The notes below the pieces were generated by a model that did not search any database, was not told where the DNA came from, and saw nothing but the letters and a program-made list of their open reading frames with translations. Of a DNA stretch of 64,000 bases, positions 30,026-37,836 are shown one piece after another (within the stretch, counting starts at the first letter, position 1; each line of letters starts with the position of its first letter). Source of the stretch: Fibrobacterota bacterium. GTDB taxonomy: Bacteria; Fibrobacterota; Fibrobacteria; UBA11236. Where the stretch lies: positions 2,648 through 66,647 of the forward strand of contig JAQBPN010000014.1 of the NCBI GenBank assembly GCA_028287505.1, given 5' to 3'. The position numbers and the translations under genes are program-made.

Positions 30026-30068
30026 AAAGACCCGGTTTTCCGCAAGGAGGGCCGGGTCTTTCCGTTTC
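30026..30068 (+). terminator. Hairpin downstream of the metalloprotease gene (AAAGACCCGG-N16-CCGGGTCTTT)
   Basis: Perfect 10-bp inverted repeat ~90 nt after the stop. The tail is CCGTTTCC, which is only moderately T-rich. Confidence 0.4.
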
Positions 30069-30154
30069 CAGCCCCAAGATTGATTCCGGCCCACGGCCCG
30101 CTGCAACTTCTATTTTCTTGGAATAGAGTCGACCCCCATGTAAAGGAGTCCATC

Positions 30155-30967
30155 ATGAGCGGCATATTCCGGGATAAAGCATCCATCGAGTACACGGTTT
30201 CCGGTAAGGGCGATACCACCCTTCTTTTTGTGCACGGTTCCTATTGCGACCAGTCCTATTGGAAGAGGCAAGTGGAAGATTTCCAGCCGGACTACCAGGT
30301 AGTCACCCTGGATCTGCCCGGCCACGGCAAGTCCGGCAAGGGGCGGGAGATCTGGTCGGTGCAGGGGTTCGCGGAAGACGTATCCGCGGTGATACGGGAG
30401 TTGCGGTCCGACAATATCATTCTGATAGGGCATTCGCTGGCGGGGGATATCAATCTCATCGCCGCCACCCTGCATCCGGAGTCGATAATCGGATTCATCG
30501 GCATCGACAATTTCAAAAATGCCGCGACCCCGTTGCCGGAAGAATACCGGGAACAGTCCGAAGCCATTCTGGAGAACCTCAAAACGGATTTCGCCGGAAC
30601 CAACGAGCGATATGCGCGCATGGCCCTGCTGACGCCGGAGACCCCGCCGGAAATAACGGACCGGGTGGTGGAGGATTTCCGGAACGGATATCAGCCCATG
30701 GGTCTGGGCATCATGCCGGAGGTATTTGCGATGTACCGGTTGGAAAAGGAATTGTTGCCCCTATTGCAGACCAGGCTGGATCTCATCAACGTGGAATACA
30801 TCCCTACCAATGAAGAGCCCTTGAAGCGGTATGCGGGAAGCGGGTATGAGGTTGTCCGCATCGCGGGAACCTGCCACTATCCGATGCTGGAAAACCCGGA
30901 GGCTTTGAACGCGGCTCTGGGTCAAGTCATCCGGAAAATCACCCATAGCCGGGCGGCATTTGCCTGA
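30155..30967 (+). CDS. Alpha/beta hydrolase fold protein
   Basis: ATG at 30155 is preceded by AAAGGAG. TLLFVHGS.., DLPGHGKS and nucleophile elbow LIGHSLAG. The ORF-track N-terminus (from 29960) is rejected. Confidence 0.8.
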   Translation: MSGIFRDKASIEYTVSGKGDTTLLFVHGSYCDQSYWKRQVEDFQPDYQVVTLDLPGHGKSGKGREIWSVQGFAEDVSAVIRELRSDNIILIGHSLAGDINLIAATLHPESIIGFIGIDNFKNAATPLPEEYREQSEAILENLKTDFAGTNERYARMALLTPETPPEITDRVVEDFRNGYQPMGLGIMPEVFAMYRLEKELLPLLQTRLDLINVEYIPTNEEPLKRYAGSGYEVVRIAGTCHYPMLENPEALNAALGQVIRKITHSRAAFA

Positions 30968-31491
30968 TAATCCCCCTTTGGGGGCAAATGGGCCGGGTGT
31001 AACCAGACCCGTAACCTGGAATCCGGAAAATCCGCCAATCCCCGGGATGACGCCGTAAAAGGCGTCCATTTCAAAATCCGATCGTAACCACGGCCCCGTA
31101 TACCTGTTTGCATGGCCCGCAGTCCGCGGTTTTCCGGATAGTTTAGGCTTGTAGATGATGTTGGGTTGTCCCCTCATCGGCTGTGTCTCCGGGACGCTAT
31201 TCCCGGCAGCTTAACGATCGCGGCGGCGAGTCGGAAAGGCGTTCCCGCGCCCGGAACAAGTATAAGAATGTGGATTTTAAAGCAGTATATGAATTCGGTT
31301 CGTATTCATCCCGTATTGGAGGCGTGTCAGACGGGAATTGCCGGCGAAGTAGAGGATTAATCCTTTTAAAATCGAGGCGGTATTCTTGAGATGATAGCGA
31401 GGCCATGGTGACCCGCGTCACGGCGACTAAATCCTAAAATCAATACTTTATCGTACTAGATTACAGTAAAAGAAAGACCCGCGGCGGATCC

Positions 31492-34400
31492 ATGGTTTCC
31501 ATGGCCCGACCCCCGGCTCAGGAGATTCGCATGGAAAATCCGGACCGCTCCCACGCAATGGAAATGATCGGGCGCGCCTTGATTCTGGCCTGCATGCTCC
31601 TTTACGTTCCCGCCCAAGCCCAGACCCTGGATTTCGAATCCACGGTCTACCAGGCCGACAGATCCCTGATCGATACGGACGGGTGGACCGTCTTCCGCGA
31701 TGTGGACAACAGCCTGCCGGTCTCCTTCAGAATCCAGGCCGAGGCCGGGAACAGATTCCTGCGCTGCCAAACGGCCAAGACCAGCATCCTGTTCCGGGAT
31801 TTCCCCGCCGTGACCGGCATCTTGAGCCTGAGTTGGCGCTGGCGCGCGACCGGCGATGGCGTCCATCTCTGCCTGGGCGTGGCCCGCAAGTTGGATCTGC
31901 CGGGCTTCGATCCCCGTTCGCTCGCTTGCATCGATCCCTACGCCACCCTGGAATCCCAGGGCGGACAGGCCGCGCGCGCGTCCAAGGAAACCTGGGTCAA
32001 ACAGAAATGGTATTACATGCGCATGGTCATGGACGCGGCCGCCAACACGTCCATCCTGTACATCGCCGACAAGGAGACGCGGGAGGATGAGCGCGTGGCC
32101 GTGTCCAGCATGCCCATGAACGATGTGGGCCCCTTGACCCGCCTGGTATTGGTCAACACGGACGGGACGAGTCCCCTGGATCTGGACGATATTTCCTGGC
32201 AACCCGTCGCCACCTGGATCGGCGGCGCGGCCGATTCCAATTGGTCCACCGCGGCCAATTGGAGTTCGAAAACCGTTCCGGACTCCAATACCCGGGTCGT
32301 ATTCGACGGCACCTCCTCCAGGAATTGTTTCGTGGACAACCAGGCCTTCGCGGGCGTGCTGGAAGCGGCCGCCGGTTTCAAGGGAAGCTTGAATCTGGGC
32401 GCTTCCACCTTGGCGGTCATGGGCAAGGCCGATTTCACCGGCGGGGGAGCCTATGCATACCTGCCGGGAGGGCAAATCCGATTTTCCGGCGGCGGGATCC
32501 GGACCCTGACGGGACCGGACGGACTCCGCCGGCTGCCTCCCATCCGCCACGATGGTTCCGGAACCCTGCGGTTGCTGGGCAGATCCCTGTCTGCGTCGGG
32601 GTTTCTGCAAACGCGGGGTAGCTTCGATTTCAACGGCTTCGATTTGGGAGTGACGGGCGACTTGACCATCCAGAACGGGAATCCCGGATCGATCGTGAAC
32701 CTGGACGGGCGTTCCATCACCGTGACCGGCGCGGCGCGGTTCGAAGGTACCTCCAAGGATACCCTGTTGTCCCTGGACGCGTCCTCGCCGTTGGCAATAG
32801 GGTGGAGCATCTCCGTTCCCACCGCCGATAACCTGTCCGCCCGGTTCGCCGTGATCGGAAGGTCCAAGGCGGCCGCCGCCGACGGTCAGGCCATCCAAAG
32901 CATCGATGCCGGCCTCAATATCGGGTGGTTGTTCGCGGAAGCCCCCGTGATCGTCGCTTCACCCAGGGACACCGCCGTCATGTCCGGACAACCCGTCTCG
33001 TTCAAAGTGTCGGCCTCCGGCAGACTCCCGCTCACTTATCAATGGCTGCGGAACGCGGTGGAAATCCCGGGCGCCAAGGATTCGACCTACTCATTGCCGG
33101 CCGCCAGGCGCGCGGACGGCGGCGCCGGGTTCGCCTGCAGGGTATCGAGCGCAGCGGGCAACGCCGTTTCCGAAACCGCCCGGCTGGTCGTGGATTTCCC
33201 GGCTCCCGGAATCTCTCCGGCCCCGCAGGTCTTCGCGGATTCGCTTCCCTTGTATCTGATTCCTCCGGTACCCGGGGCCGTGATCCTTTTCTCCGTGAAC
33301 GGATCGGACTTCAGACCCTATGACGGAATCCTGGTATTGCGGGAGTCGGCCTTGGTCAAAGCCTTCGCGATATCGGGTCCGGATTCATCGGCGATCGGCT
33401 CCTGGAGTTTTCCGAAGAAAGCCGTGGTCAATCCCAAGCCGGTCTTTCCCTTGCCGGGAACCATGGTCACCTTGGGCGCCGGAGAGTCCATAAGCCTTTC
33501 GGAAAAATACGCCTTTCTGGGCCCGGCCGCCGGGACCGGGACCGCGGCCGTGGCCCTGACGGTATTGAGCGGGGACAGTCTGAATTCCATCCAGGGTTTC
33601 GGAGGCATCCAGTTCGCGGTACGCCTGTCCGCGCCCGCCGGCGCATCCGGTTTTCCAAAGGTGAGGTTCACCGCTCCGGCCGACGAAGCCCGCCATCTGT
33701 ACAGGTTGGACCCAGGAGCCATGGTCCATTTCGTTTCGGAAGGGGGCGCGGAAATCCGCGCGCCGGGGATCTATTTCCTGGGCTTGGATACCCTGCCGCC
33801 CCGCATCGAGCTTGTCAGCGAAACCTTCGTGGGCGATTCCACCAGGGCCGTCTTCGCCATCCGGGACAATGTGTCCGATCTCAGTCTCGACTTGTCGCGG
33901 ACGGATGACCCGGCCCTCGGATTTTCCGGCCGCGCCATCGGCAATCCGGAATCCCTGGTCGTGGTCCTCAAGAGCCCGCCCGGGCCCATCCGGCCCTTCG
34001 CCCTCCGGCTCGAGGCTTCCGACGGCGCGCGGCGGGTTTCCTTTCCGCCGGAGCCTGGCGCGCTGCATTGCCTGTCCCGGAGCATTCCCGGATCGGCCCG
34101 TACGCCCTCTCTGTTCCGCATCGGCGATGACCCGGCCAATCCCTGGGACCTGATCGCCTTTCCCATCGCGGCCGATCCTCCCTTGACGTTGGCCCGCTTG
34201 CGCCAGGACAATTCCCTCCCGGAACTCCAGGCCGCCACCTGGGACGATTCCTCCGGCAGGTACCGGTTCCTGAAAGAGCAGGAGGCTTTGCTGCCCGGAT
34301 CTTCCGTATGGTTCGGCTCCCTTTCCGGAAAGTTGTCTTCCCTTAGTTTCGCCTCCCTGAAAACCGCCCCGCGGCTCACCGAAGAAACCTATAAGATCAC

Positions 34401-35424
34401 GTTGCGCAAAGGCTGGAACCAGGTGGCCAATCCCACCCTCGCCACCCTGTATTGGCCCGTGTCCAGGATGTCCGGTCCGGGCTACGCCGCTTCTTTGTTG
34501 AAGGGGTTGCATTGCTACGATGCCGCCACCGGCGGCTATCGTCACTCGGATTCCCTGGAGCCCTGGCGCGGTTACTTCGCTTATTACAAAGGCGATCGGG
34601 ACACTGTGGTGGAATTGCGCTATGCGCCCATTCCCGCTCCCGATGCCATGGCCAAATCGGGAGCCGCCCGGGGAATCGAAGGTATCGACATCCGCCTGAG
34701 CCTGGACTATGCGGAGGTGAACCTGGGGGCTGCCGCTTTCGCCTCGGACGGCATCGGCTTCGAAGATGAGTCGCGGCCGCCCGCTTTCGGGAGCCGCACC
34801 CCCAAGCTGACCACCACCCGGGCGGGTCGTTCCCTGGAGACGGACTTGATGCATTGGAAGCCCGGTTCCGCCTATGCCTGGAAAGTGGTTGCCGGTCTTC
34901 CCGTGGAAGGGAACGCGAAAGCCGCCGGGGTGGCCGCGACCCCGCAAGCGCGTGTCGAAAAGCTGGACCTTCCCGCCGGGTATTCGGCCTGGGCGGTTTC
35001 CCGCAATCGGGGACTGCGCTTCCGCCTGGGCGAGGGGGATGTTATTCCCCTGGTTGCCGGTTTTACCGATAGCCTCGATGTCCTGGCCGCGCCCGCCGCG
35101 GAACTGGATGCGCGCCTGGCTTCCATTCCCATCACGGCAGGGGCGTTCAAGGCGGCGATCTCCACCGCGTCCGGAGGCTTCATTTTCGACCTGAGCCTTC
35201 CCTTTGCGGCCCGCATCCGCTGGACGCTTTGGACCCTGGACGGGCGCCGCATGGAAACCGGCGGCCAGACGCTCCCGGTCGGCATTTACCATCTGAGGAA
35301 TGACAGGGGCGGTCGCGGGTACGCGTCAGGTACCTACGTGCTGGGGTTGGAATGGTCCGCGCCCGGGTTCTCCCCCTGGGGCCCGACATCGGGAATCCTG
35401 AACCGCAAAGTCGCCATTCAATAA
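31492..35424 (+). CDS. Large secreted surface protein (lectin-like N-terminal domain, Ig I-set-like domain, chitobiase/Fn3-associated-like domain, T9SS-like C-terminus)
   Basis: Signal peptide ..LILACMLLYVPAQAQ, with alternative starts at 31531/31564. Ig-like PVSFKVSASGRLPLTYQWLRN..STYSLPAARRADGGAGFACRVSS. ILFSVNGSDFRPYDG..VKAFA resembles Fn3_assoc. The beta-rich C-terminus carries GIYHL...GTYVLGLEW. Confidence 0.7.
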   Translation: MVSMARPPAQEIRMENPDRSHAMEMIGRALILACMLLYVPAQAQTLDFESTVYQADRSLIDTDGWTVFRDVDNSLPVSFRIQAEAGNRFLRCQTAKTSILFRDFPAVTGILSLSWRWRATGDGVHLCLGVARKLDLPGFDPRSLACIDPYATLESQGGQAARASKETWVKQKWYYMRMVMDAAANTSILYIADKETREDERVAVSSMPMNDVGPLTRLVLVNTDGTSPLDLDDISWQPVATWIGGAADSNWSTAANWSSKTVPDSNTRVVFDGTSSRNCFVDNQAFAGVLEAAAGFKGSLNLGASTLAVMGKADFTGGGAYAYLPGGQIRFSGGGIRTLTGPDGLRRLPPIRHDGSGTLRLLGRSLSASGFLQTRGSFDFNGFDLGVTGDLTIQNGNPGSIVNLDGRSITVTGAARFEGTSKDTLLSLDASSPLAIGWSISVPTADNLSARFAVIGRSKAAAADGQAIQSIDAGLNIGWLFAEAPVIVASPRDTAVMSGQPVSFKVSASGRLPLTYQWLRNAVEIPGAKDSTYSLPAARRADGGAGFACRVSSAAGNAVSETARLVVDFPAPGISPAPQVFADSLPLYLIPPVPGAVILFSVNGSDFRPYDGILVLRESALVKAFAISGPDSSAIGSWSFPKKAVVNPKPVFPLPGTMVTLGAGESISLSEKYAFLGPAAGTGTAAVALTVLSGDSLNSIQGFGGIQFAVRLSAPAGASGFPKVRFTAPADEARHLYRLDPGAMVHFVSEGGAEIRAPGIYFLGLDTLPPRIELVSETFVGDSTRAVFAIRDNVSDLSLDLSRTDDPALGFSGRAIGNPESLVVVLKSPPGPIRPFALRLEASDGARRVSFPPEPGALHCLSRSIPGSARTPSLFRIGDDPANPWDLIAFPIAADPPLTLARLRQDNSLPELQAATWDDSSGRYRFLKEQEALLPGSSVWFGSLSGKLSSLSFASLKTAPRLTEETYKITLRKGWNQVANPTLATLYWPVSRMSGPGYAASLLKGLHCYDAATGGYRHSDSLEPWRGYFAYYKGDRDTVVELRYAPIPAPDAMAKSGAARGIEGIDIRLSLDYAEVNLGAAAFASDGIGFEDESRPPAFGSRTPKLTTTRAGRSLETDLMHWKPGSAYAWKVVAGLPVEGNAKAAGVAATPQARVEKLDLPAGYSAWAVSRNRGLRFRLGEGDVIPLVAGFTDSLDVLAAPAAELDARLASIPITAGAFKAAISTASGGFIFDLSLPFAARIRWTLWTLDGRRMETGGQTLPVGIYHLRNDRGGRGYASGTYVLGLEWSAPGFSPWGPTSGILNRKVAIQ

Positions 35425-35750
35425 AAAATGAAGGGGTCCGGCGCAAGCCCCAAATACCGGTAACGTGCAGGTTCCGAAAGAACGGGCCCGCCATCGCTCA
35501 ACCTGCCGCCATCTGCGGCAAGTCGGCGGGAGCGGGGGATGGGGGGTAACCGCCTAAGTCCCGTGCTGCCGCGGGGATACCCGAATCATCAGGTCTCCCA
35601 CAGGAGCCGAACGCACCGGGCGGTAAGCTAGGATTCCACCCTGAAAGGTGGTTCAATGGCCAAAATAATCCGCCTCAGACCTTTTAAACTTCCGCTTTCG
35701 GGAATACCTTTAAATTTCAGAAAATTGTTCATTTCATAAAGGTGTATCTC

Positions 35751-36974
35751 ATGAGAGAATCCGACGTCTCCGTTGTTTCCGTCCCCGTCAATTCCGCGAG
35801 GTCTGACGCAGCCGCTTCCACCCCGCCGGATAAAAGCTTCGTCCGTTTGGTCAATCTCCTCCGCAAGGTTTGCGGCGACTATTTCGAGAGCGGCCGGGGC
35901 ATGCCTTGCGACCTGCAATGGCGGAACGATAAGCCTTACCGTTTCGGACAGGGCGAACCTGAATTCACCGTAATCGTCAAGGACAAGGCCGGAGTTTCCG
36001 CCATCTCCTCCCTGGACGGCACGGCCTTCCTGGAAGCCTACGCGCTCGACCACATCGAGATTCGCGGCAGCATGGAAAAGATGTTCGCCTTCCGGGACAT
36101 GACCACGGACAAGCATCCCGTGCATTACATCTGGAACCTGGTGCAGCCTCTGCTGTTCGGCCAGACGAAAATGGACCGTTCCGGAATTTCCACCCACTAC
36201 GACAATTCCAAGGAATTCTATCTGAACTTCCTGGATCGCCGCCATCGTTGCTATTCCCAGGGCGTTTTCCTCCGGGACGACGAATCCCTCGAGGACGCCA
36301 TGACGCGCAAGATGGAGTTCGCCGTGGACTCCATCGGCGTGAAGCCCGGCGACCGCGTGCTGGATATCGGCGGCGGCTGGGGCGCCTTCAACGAGCATGC
36401 CGGCAAGAAAGGCATCCGCGTCACCTCCCTCACCATCTCCAAGGAAAGCGAAAAATTCCTGCAGGAGATGATCGACACCCAGAAGCTGCCCTGCGAGGTG
36501 GTCAACCGCCATCTGTATGAATTCGATCCGGGCATGAAGTTCGACGCGATCGTGAACCTGGGCGTGACCGAGCATCTGCCCGACTACGGCAAATCCCTGG
36601 CCATCTACCAGAAGCTCCTGAAACCGGGCGGCAAGATGTACCTGGACGCGAGCGCCTGCCGCGAGAAGTACAAGTTCCATACCTTCATCACCAAGCACAT
36701 CTATCCGGGCAACTGTTCGCCCCTGTGCCTGCACGATTACATGACCCAGCTGTCCAAGACCCCCTTCATGCTGCGCGGCGTCTGGGACGATCGTCAGAGC
36801 TATTACCTCACGGCCAAGCACTGGTCCCTGAACCTGGAAAAGAACCGCGAGGAAATCGTCCGCAACGGCGACGAGTCCCTGTTCCGCAAGTTCCAGGTCT
36901 ACCTGTGGGGCACCGCCGACGTGTTCCGCCGGGACATCATGCAAGCCTATCGCTGGGTGTTGGAGCTGCCCTGA
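35751..36974 (+). CDS. Cyclopropane-fatty-acyl-phospholipid synthase (CMAS) family SAM-dependent methyltransferase
   Basis: The SAM motif VLDIGGGWGAF and the overall CMAS layout (..HYDNSKEFYLNFLD..MTRKMEFAVDSIGVKPGDR..). ATG at 35751 is preferred over GTG at 35742. Confidence 0.8.
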   Translation: MRESDVSVVSVPVNSARSDAAASTPPDKSFVRLVNLLRKVCGDYFESGRGMPCDLQWRNDKPYRFGQGEPEFTVIVKDKAGVSAISSLDGTAFLEAYALDHIEIRGSMEKMFAFRDMTTDKHPVHYIWNLVQPLLFGQTKMDRSGISTHYDNSKEFYLNFLDRRHRCYSQGVFLRDDESLEDAMTRKMEFAVDSIGVKPGDRVLDIGGGWGAFNEHAGKKGIRVTSLTISKESEKFLQEMIDTQKLPCEVVNRHLYEFDPGMKFDAIVNLGVTEHLPDYGKSLAIYQKLLKPGGKMYLDASACREKYKFHTFITKHIYPGNCSPLCLHDYMTQLSKTPFMLRGVWDDRQSYYLTAKHWSLNLEKNREEIVRNGDESLFRKFQVYLWGTADVFRRDIMQAYRWVLELP

Positions 36975-37621
36975 GGCTTTATCTGTCGTCTTTCCGGTTG
37001 GGCAACCGGCCGGAAAGATTGGTGGAACTGGCCGGCGGCGGCAAACGCGCCCTGGTCATCGCGAACACCTGCGACACCTTTGCCCAGGCGGAAAGGGCGC
37101 CGCGGGTCCGCAGGGAAATCTCGGCCCTGCAAGGGCTGGACTTCCAGGCCGAAGAACTCGATCTCCGGGACTATTTCGACGGCGGACGGTCCCGCACGGA
37201 ACTGAGCGCCCGTCTGGACGCCTGCGATCTCCTCTGGGCCCGGGGCGGCAACTCCTTCATATACCGGCGGGCCATGCGCCAAAGCGGATTCGACGAATTG
37301 CTCCTCGACCTGCTTTCCCGCGACGCTCTCGTCTACGGCGGCTATAGCGGCGGCATCGCCGTGCTGGCCCCCTCCCTGGAAGGCATAGAGATCGTCAACG
37401 ACCCGGAAGCCGTGCCGGCAGGCTATGACCCCGGAGTCATCCGCGACGGCCTGGGCCTGATTCCTTTTTCCATCGCGCCCCATTACAAGTCGAACCATTT
37501 TGCATCCCCGGGAATCGACCTGGTGGTGCAATACTTCATCGACCATGGGATGCCCTACAAGACCCTGCATGATGGGGAAGCCATCGTCGTGGATGGGGAC
37601 CGGGAAGAACTGATAGCCTGA
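36971..37621 (+). CDS. Peptidase S51 (PepE-like) / type-1 glutamine-amidotransferase-like protein; start codon unresolved
   Basis: RLYLSSFRLGN...ALVIANTCD...LWARGGNSF..VYGGYSGGIA..APHY matches the S51 family layout. There is no in-frame ATG/GTG near the family-typical N-terminus. CTG at 36971 overlaps the upstream TGA (cCTGAgg). Confidence 0.6.
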   Translation: MRLYLSSFRLGNRPERLVELAGGGKRALVIANTCDTFAQAERAPRVRREISALQGLDFQAEELDLRDYFDGGRSRTELSARLDACDLLWARGGNSFIYRRAMRQSGFDELLLDLLSRDALVYGGYSGGIAVLAPSLEGIEIVNDPEAVPAGYDPGVIRDGLGLIPFSIAPHYKSNHFASPGIDLVVQYFIDHGMPYKTLHDGEAIVVDGDREELIA

Positions 37622-37752
37622 CCGGTCCCTTTTCCTGGGTAGCACATTCCGCATCAAAAGCCCTGCTTTCGCTTGACGAAGGTCAGGATGCTAGAACCGA
37701 CCAACCGGGCGAGTAGCGAGGTGCAGCGGGGCTGGTCTATTTGCCCATGTAA

Positions 37753-37836
37753 CTACATTGTATATACACGGAACGTGGGTACATTGTACATACAGCGAAC
37801 GTATGCACATTGTATCTACACGGAAGAAATGGGTAC
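37753..37836. repeat. Three (and a fraction) head-to-tail 26-bp repeats with palindromic TGTAnnTACA cores
   Basis: ACATTG recurs at 37755, 37781 and 37807, an exact 26-nt period. The units are ctACATTGTATATACAcgGAAcgtgg / gtACATTGTACATACAgcGAAcgtat / gcACATTGTATCTACAcgGAAgaaat. They lie in the convergent gap between the S51 peptidase and RND permease genes. Confidence 0.8.

Noticed and set aside
31630-31645. TTCGAATCC T-loop-like string
   Set aside because: It lies inside the coding region of the 1,310-aa protein, and the stems do not pair.
33385-35292. 635-aa minus-strand ORF, and similarly 31456-32898 (480 aa)
   Set aside because: Both are antisense to the 1,310-aa secreted protein. They are Gly/Arg/Pro-rich with no domain signal and no start context.
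35425-35741. Possible RNase P RNA, cobalamin, FMN, fluoride or glycine riboswitch
   Set aside because: The hallmark strings are absent on both strands: no GGAAAGTCCGG (RNase P CR-I), no GCCACTG or B12 box, no FMN or glycine core motifs in the correct order. It is kept only as an unclassified structured leader.
36725-36970. GTG start at 36725 for the S51 peptidase (ORF-track N-terminus)
   Set aside because: It would overlap the CMAS gene by ~250 nt in another frame. The extension is Pro/Arg-rich and unlike S51 N-termini.
37753-37836. CRISPR array
   Set aside because: The 26-bp units are directly abutting with no spacers. There are only ~3 copies and no cas genes.
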